This document shows positions 56,801-64,000 of a stretch of DNA of 64,000 nt, piece by piece; position 1 is the first letter of the stretch; each line of letters opens with the position of its first letter. The stretch is from Paraspadella gotoi (taxonomy: Eukaryota; Animalia; Chaetognatha), in the NCBI GenBank assembly GCA_051294375.1, contig CM119263.1:20178115-20242114 (forward strand), read 5' to 3'. The translations under genes and the position numbers were made by a program. Under the pieces are notes generated by a model. The model saw only the letters and a list, made by a program, of their open reading frames with translations, did not search any database and was not told where the DNA came from.

Positions 56801-57463
56801 ATTAATACTAGAATTATTATTAATAGAAATAGTGGAGTACAAACAAAACTAACCGCGGTTAAAAATGGTGTGTGAAGCTTTCGAATTATCTACAGTTTAA
56901 TTTCTGAATCTTAAACCACAAATCCTTTTCTTCGTATTTTTGTCGTTATTTGCATTAATATACGTATTTATTTTAAATTTCGAACCACAGGTCATATCAC
57001 GGCGACTGAGTTACGAGACGCACTGGCCTGGATCAACGACAACCCGTTCGCAGAACGCATCCGCCGCAAAATCGACTACGTAGCCATCCTGCCGATCTTC
57101 AAGCAGGCCGACAAAGACCGCAGCCTCACCCTTGAGATGGACGAGTTTGTCGATCTCATGAAGAGAGAAAAGATCGTCTTCGCCGAGACGCTCTTCAAAG
57201 CCTCCGACTCCGACGGAAAGGGCCGCTTGAAGCAGCAGGAGGTACGTTAATCTATGTTGTATTTGTTATACTGTACTATACTATACTTATAGTCTAATTC
57301 TCATCTTATCGATTCTCCCCAGGTCTACGAGGCCTTGAGAAAGGCGGGTTTCGTCTACAACGGCTCGTGGTCAGAATTTCTCGACAAGTTTGACTTCAAC
57401 GGCGACGACCAAATCAGCTACCCTGAATTTCTTCAGGCGTTAAAAGTGTCTTTTCGAAGATAG
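53868..57463 (+). CDS. Multi-pass membrane protein with a Cys-rich loop and a C-terminal calmodulin-like 4-EF-hand domain (~904 aa, 8 exons)
   Basis: Exons 53868-54389, 54545-54758, 54868-55490, 55631-55930, 56018-56451, 56540-56769, 56991-57241 and 57323-57463 join in frame (2715 nt) with canonical sites. The EF loops are DANDSGHITATE, DKDRSLTLEMDE, DSDGKGRLKQQE and DFNGDDQISYPE. Confidence 0.82.
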
Positions 57464-57685
57464 TTAAAGCTGAAGAAGGAGAGAGTAAAAGGGAAAAGTA
57501 TCTGCTATGTAGGGTTGTTTTGAACATCTAATGGTTTATAATTTTGAAGATGATAAAAAATTGGCATGTTTGTATAAAAAATTTTTTTTTTTTGGTTGTC
57601 ATGTCACGCCTTTGTCTGGGATTCTTTTTAGTTTCGTATTAAATATTTTTTCTAACGTAGCTTGTTGTATTCTCATAATTTGTAT

Positions 57686-60600
57686 TTATAATGCGCTTTC
57701 ACTTTCCTCTTCCTCTTCCCCGTCGCTAGTCTTCCCTCCGGCCTCCGCCATTTTTTTTCTCTTAAAAAACCCAATACGCCAGAGAACGACGACGATGATG
57801 ACAAGAAGAGCCAGGGCCGCCGCCGCCGACGCCACCAAGATCCAAATCGTAGCCTTTTCCGCCTTCACCGCAAAACGTGCCACGGAAAAGAACGCGCCGG
57901 TCCGAGTTACTGGCGTCGAGGGAAATGACCGGAAACTGGTCGGATCCACCGGATCGACGTAGGCGATTTCCACGACGGATGCGTCGACTATAGAGTGGAC
58001 AGCGATGCCGCGCCAGAAGGGGAAAGCGTCGTCGAAAGCGGCTGACACGCCGACGGGGAACTGAGGGATGGAAGAGTCAATCAGACAGTTAATATGATAA
58101 GTTTTAGCCATTTGTTTTCTTATTCAAGATTAATATCACTTACTTTTATAACAATTTCGTCTTCGTTGGAATTGAAAACGAAAGAGCATTCCACTTTGAC
58201 GCAAAGCTTTGACTCTCCTTCTCGGCAGTCGATCGAGAAATGAGTGGCGTTACTAAAAAGAGATTAAGTAAATTATTTCAACGAAGCTTGCAACAATTAA
58301 GATAGAAGATATTACAGCATGAGTAAAAGAATTTTGTTTCCAACAAAAGCATATTAATTTAAATGAAAAAAATCCCTAATTAAATATAATAAACATAATA
58401 ATAAATATAAATACAAAAGTATGGGATTCAATTTTCGGTCCAACAACGGAAGCAAGACAGCTTTCATTTCAAACTAATCTCTAGACCTTCCTTCCCCATG
58501 AACGTCAGCCAGAGCCGGAACTTCTCCCTCAGTGACGTTAGCCTGGCACCCTCCGCCTGTTCCGGTGTGATCCACGCCGTCGTCGAGAAACAAGACGCGC
58601 GGCAAGATAGCGTCGATGGCGACGCGATGGACCAGCGTCGGCCCTAAACTCTTCACGTAGAAGCTCATAGACGGATCTAAGGGGAAAAAAATAAAGAACG
58701 ATAACTAAAAACATGAAATAAAACCATCCAAACGGGGCGTCTTCAAAACAAACCGTCCTCTGTCAACGTCAAACTCGCCGTCGCTTGCGTCACTTTTAAC
58801 TCTGTTTTGGCTTTTACGAGGACCGTGATATCATCACCTTTCCAAGTTTCCTGAAATAACGCAGAAAAAGCGGAAATATATATTTAAGTAATCATTCAAC
58901 TTAGGTTCGTAATAACTTTTTGAGAGTTAGCAAGTTATTTTGTGACGAGGTTAATCTAAACCTTCAAATTATCTGCGTCGCCAGACAAAAACTGATTTCC
59001 GATCCGCAGTTGGAATGAGTCGGGCGCCACGCCCACTTCCGTCCCAACGGATAACTCCACGACGACGGGCTCGTCTCTGCTCGTCAACGGATTTCCGGCT
59101 GCGCATGCGCATTTCGTGGCCGTCTCGCATTCGCAGTCGTGACGAGTGGCCCCGAGGTCCAACGTGGCCCCGGAAGTTGCGTCGACGAGGAGTTTGGTCT
59201 CGAAGGCGTCGTCCTCGTCGTTGACAAGACGAAGGTGAAGGCGACTGTCGCCTCCGAGGAAATGGACGAGGGGTTTGAGTGAAGGTGACGCCAAAGACAT
59301 CTCCTCAAAGGTTGTCCAGTTGACGGTCAATTTAAGATCTAGATTTCATTTTATTAGATTGGTTGGTTGGTTTAATAATTGATTTATTAATGATTTAATT
59401 TTTTGTTGATTTATCAATTATATAAATTACCAATATCTTATTGTATTGAATTTAATTTCATACATAAATAATTATGAAAATTGCTAAAATTACCGGGTCG
59501 GCAGAAGTTGTCGGCCCCGCAGTCTTTCTTCGTCTTCACCAACGTCGTGACATTGAAACGACGCTGATTTTCGGCCAAACGTGGAGCAGGCCATCCCATC
59601 TTTCGGGGCGTCTTTTGCGCCAGCTCGATCCCAACTCCGGCGTCGACGACAATCGGCGCCACTTTGTCGCTCATTTTTGAGTCGAAACAAACGACGCCGA
59701 GATCCAGGCAGTCGTCACCGGCTTTAACAACCTGGCGGCGCAGAGTCGAAACTTCTTGAGCGGCGGCGCCGTCGGCGGAAAAAGCGCGGATGCCGTTGGC
59801 GCCGAAACGACGAACGTCGAAACGAAGAAAAACTTGGATGTCGGCCAGATAATCGGCGATAGCCGACGGATTTTCTTCGATCTTAAAGACGATGCAAAGC
59901 TCCAGGACGGCAGGTAACGAAGAAGCGGCCATGCCGGTTGCCGAGCATGCTCCGCCTCCCGCGCTTTCCAAATCGATGGCTTTTCCTTTGTTTACTTGGA
60001 GGTTGACTCGCTCGATACGCGCAGCCGGCGCGGACCAAAACACAAAAGCCTTTCCCGCCGAAAAGTCACCGACGACGACGTCCTCGAACCCGTTGCCATC
60101 GAAGTCCGGCGCGATCGCGAGGGCGTGGCCGAACGCTGGCGAGGCGGCGGCGGCCTGGATTCGCTGCAGAGGCTCCGATCCGAGACCCTTGACTCCGCCG
60201 CCGTAGATAAAGATGGCGCCCAGGGTTGAAGAAGATGACGCCGCGGGAAAAGGCGCGCCGACGACGACGTCGCCGAATCCGTCTCCATTGATGTCGCCGA
60301 GATTAGCCAGAGATGATCCGAATCGTGAAAACACCTCAATTTTATCGAAAAAATTTTTTCAGAGCCACAAAAAAACCAAAAAAAACCAAACAAAAACAAA
60401 ACCAAAAACCGACGGCCACGCAATTAAACTTTCCCCTTCTTACCCACTCTGGCGGCGTCACTCGTCCCGCCGCTTCGAAGGTTCCGTCCGCTCGACTCAA
60501 AAAGGCTTCCACGCATCCAATTTCAGCCGAGGGACCCTCGGCCGCTCGAAGAGCCCGAAATAATGGCGCTCCAACCAAGACGTCGTCGATCCCGTCGCCG

Positions 60601-62760
60601 TTGACGTCGACGGCCGCGACGGCAGATCCGAAGTAAGAACCCAATTGAGCTCCTTTTAGCGTCTCGAGGAGATTTCCACTCGTTGAGTTGTTGACAAATT
60701 CAATCTGAACAATCAATGTTAGACAGTTAAAAGTAAAACAAATTAAACCCCGCTAAAATTTTTATCCTATCTGTCAAAGGCCAAGGAGATTGCACCGCTT
60801 GATTTATTTTAGCGAAATGTTTTGAGTCATACATACGGAGAGACAGACAAAAGAGGCGGCAAAACAAGGGCACATCTGACCTAAGAGAGAGAAAAAAGAA
60901 AAGAAAAAAACACACCAAAGAATGTGACGTTTTATCGTTATACATGAATATTGAATATTATATGGCTCCATAGACTAACAGTAACATAGATAGTTTATAG
61001 CAAGATAGCTTATTTATTAAATGAATGGATAATTTTTATATTGGTTGTACCAATTTCATAGATCACCATTGATCAAAAAGGAAAAAGTCGAATCAAAATA
61101 GGACAAACCAAATTAACGCCTCCTCGGCCGCCGTTGTCTTTGGGAGCGCCAACTGCCAAGACAACGGATCCAACCCTGGATTTGTCCCGTACGACGGTGA
61201 TGGCGGAGCCGAGATACGAATCCGAGCTCCCGGGGTAAGTCGCTCCTCGTTCGATTTCCGTCTGCTTCAGCTGCTTCGGGTAAGAAACGGCGGCTTTGGC
61301 GTCGTAAAACTCGAAGTCGACCGTTGCAACGTCGACACGCCCGCGGAGATAAAAGGCGCCGGGGGATCCCACGAACAGCTTTAGGGACTCTGAGGGAAAG
61401 AAATAGTGAACAGAAAAATAAAGGGAAAAAATATGGCAAATAACGTACCCGCAGAGAAATGTGCAGCCACACCCGTCACCCCGATTCCCGCAAAATTTTT
61501 GTAGTATGGATCTCTGAAATCGGAAAATAATCGTTTGAATGTTTGGAAATTTTTTAACTTTGATATTAAATAAGAACAAAGCAATATTGAGTATTAGAGC
61601 GTAGTGAATGTTACGTATGAAAACTCTAAAAGTCAATTTTGAACAATGTACCACCAGTGAATACTAATATATAAAAAAATTAATTAATTAATTATATTGG
61701 TTGTACCAATTTCATATAGTATTATGCTTATAAAATCGTAAAATTCATAATAGGCTTTTCTTAATTTTGATAGCAGATTTGAATTTCTGGCCAAAAGTTG
61801 ACATAAGAAAATATAAATAATTTTAAAAAATTCTTTCATTAAGTAGGTTAAAAATTTTAATAAAATATATTTAATATATCGATATCACCAGTTCCGGCAG
61901 TTTCGGATTTAGATTTTATCCCGAGATTCTAACCTATCGGCACCAGTTCGCGATGGAAAACAAGGGAATCCGTCATACAAAATCCCGGGGAACATCTCAT
62001 ATTTGACATTTGTTTTGGAAGTGGCAACGCATTTTCCTATCGGTTCACGTCGGTAGACGTCTCGATTTGCGTTTCTGCTGAAGTACCAAAATCGATGAAA
62101 ACAAAAGAAGATGGTCTCATGAAAACACTAGTAAAGTAATAAAGGAATAAAGGGTTGAAATGAACCATGATCTTTTCTTATTGCTTGGTGTAACAGTCGC
62201 TTGACATTCTTATAATTGTACTAACCTACTATCCGACTCTCCGGCGATTTCCCACATGATCTTTGATTGAACGGAAAATCGGGGAGCGCACGCACCGATC
62301 ACGTCTTCGTCCCGAGAGACGAATACCGAAGCGCCGAGATTCTGATCGACGTTAATTCGCACGATTCCGGCGAAACACGAAGGTTTCGCCTTCACGCAAC
62401 AAAAAAGTGAATCTAACGTGGTCATATTGCTTGGGTATCTTTGATTTTCGAATTTATTCCTCCAATTACCCTTACCGTTGTCATCAAATCGACGAGTTGA
62501 CAATTCGAGCCAGAATCGCTAAGGCTGCAACCCCAAACGACGCCATGACCTCTTACATTTTCTCCGGCTTCATTGGTTGTGTTATGACGCGGAGCCCCGA
62601 CGAAAAGACGTCGGCTGGAGGCGGCGACAGAGAAACCGAAACTATCAGATTGACTGCTGGGAGACACTTCATGAGGCTCAGGATGAATATTGAAAGAATT
62701 TGTGAAGATTATTTTGCGGAAAAACAAAGAAAAATAAATACAATAAATTGAACGATGCAT
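57686..62760 (-). CDS. Integrin alpha subunit without an I-domain, ~1059 aa, 12 exons, complete
   Basis: Exons 62760-62476, 62389-62226, 62077-61934, 61513-61449, 61389-61118, 60704-60444, 60334-59494, 59338-58962, 58850-58754, 58676-58487, 58252-58144 and 58060-57686. A signal peptide is followed by the mature start FNI. There are seven FG-GAP blades, with DxD/NGDG Ca-binding motifs in blades 5-7, and a TM helix followed by GFFKR. Confidence 0.96.
61001..61058 (+). mobile_element. Truncated copy of the dispersed repeat in an integrin intron (a shorter copy lies at 61692-61714)
   Basis: CAAGATAGCTTATTTATTAAATGAATGGATAATTTTTATATTGGTTGTACCAATTTCA is the reverse complement of 11399-11456. Confidence 0.8.
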
Positions 62761-63777
62761 GGTAAAAATACTTTGGTTTAAAAAGCGAATCGGTTTAATC
62801 TGCTGGTCTCGCGTCGCGAATCTAATTACCAGTTTTGCTGAAATGATCAGCGATCAACAATCAAAAAGTAAAAATTTATAGGGGATACCATATAAACAAA
62901 ATACGTAAAATCTCCCAATTAAATATGAATTATTAAAATAGGTTTGAATATGTTATTTGTATTATGATCGTTTCGTTTCGTTGTGTTTCGAGATTTAAAG
63001 AAATAGCGAGAGTTTGATTTCAACAACGAATTTTTGTATTTTCATTAGAAAAAACGGACATGTTTCGGCTTTTTGCTTTCAAGCCTTTATCAGCGTTAAA
63101 CAGTTTGACGTTGTTGAAATCAAATTCAAACTATTTCTTTAAATACAGGGAGATCCAGCTCTTTGGGACTAAATTAAAAAAATTCTTTTGAATTGGTAAA
63201 TAATCGAATTATGATTTGAAAATTTTAACCTTCTCTAAGTGTTCAGAGAAAGCGGCATATGTTTTTGCGACCGCGCCAATTGGTAATGCTATCATTTCTA
63301 TCACTATTTTTTTTGTCAGAAAGTTGACAGTTCTAGAGAGGATGCGTGGGACATTCTGCTTCTCCATCCTACATTTTTATTAATCAAGGGGATTGCAGTC
63401 AAAAAAACTGCGCGATCAAAAGTCAGAAGTCACCATCCATCAGTTTGATTTTTTTCAAAATTTCTCAAAATTTTATAAGGAACTGGCGAGAAAAAATATG
63501 ACATGCTATGCAAAATTCAATAATTATAGGAGTTGCCGCGACATTTTTCACACAATTTTGTAAAGTCCAGACGACCATAACTCAGATAGAAATCTACTAT
63601 GAAATTAAATTCAATACGGGCTAGGGTCTAGAAGTCCAATTTCAGGTAAAAAAAGAATTTTTAAAACAAGTTCGATTTTAATGCTTTTATTGTTACTATC
63701 AAAATTACAATATTACTTATTTATATAGTAATATTGTAATTTTAAAATCAATCTTAACTTTTTTGATGTATTCTGAT

Positions 63778-63870
63778 TAGGGTTCCGATAACCGTTAATT
63801 TTAGAAAAATTTAGCTTAACCGTTAAAACTAATATTTTTTAACGGTTAACCGTTAAAATCGGTTAATTTT
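63778..63870. repeat. Possible DNA-transposon/MITE terminus with AACCGTTAA subterminal repeats
   Basis: TAGGGTTCCGATAACCGTTAA is followed by several direct and inverted AACCGTTAA/TTAACGGTT units. No partner end is present in the window. Confidence 0.4.
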
Positions 63871-64000
63871 ATAATTTTACTTTAAATTTAAAATATTATT
63901 ATTTAAATCAAACTAAAGTATTTAATGGTATTTTATCTTTAACTCTTGCTCCTGAATCTTTTTTATCTTCTATTTCAGATAGATAGGTACATATTTTAGT

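Overview
Eukaryotic (invertebrate metazoan) genomic DNA: AT-rich introns, GC-rich exons, about 25 long (GA)n microsatellites and one 10-N gap. Most entries in the ORF track are microsatellite or antisense noise, so I rebuilt gene models by hand using GT-AG boundaries and phase continuity. The window holds seven genes. (1) The 5' part of a protein kinase D gene (minus strand), which runs off the left edge. Its introns carry two antisense nested genes: (2) an intronless divergent 7TM/GPCR-like ORF and (3) a 3-exon secreted propeptide-like gene. (4) A ~908-aa charged/coiled-coil protein of unknown family with a 12-nt microexon. (5) A 4-exon SoxE gene (~734 aa) next to a ~19-kb gene-poor tract. 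(6) An 8-exon ~904-aa protein with 5 predicted TM helices, a Cys-rich ectodomain and a C-terminal 4-EF-hand module, which I cannot assign to any family. (7) A complete 12-exon integrin alpha convergent with gene 6. The best novelty candidates are the TM/EF-hand protein, the nested receptor-like plus peptide-precursor pair inside PKD, and the SoxE intron architecture. No database searches were possible, so all homology calls come from remembered motifs.
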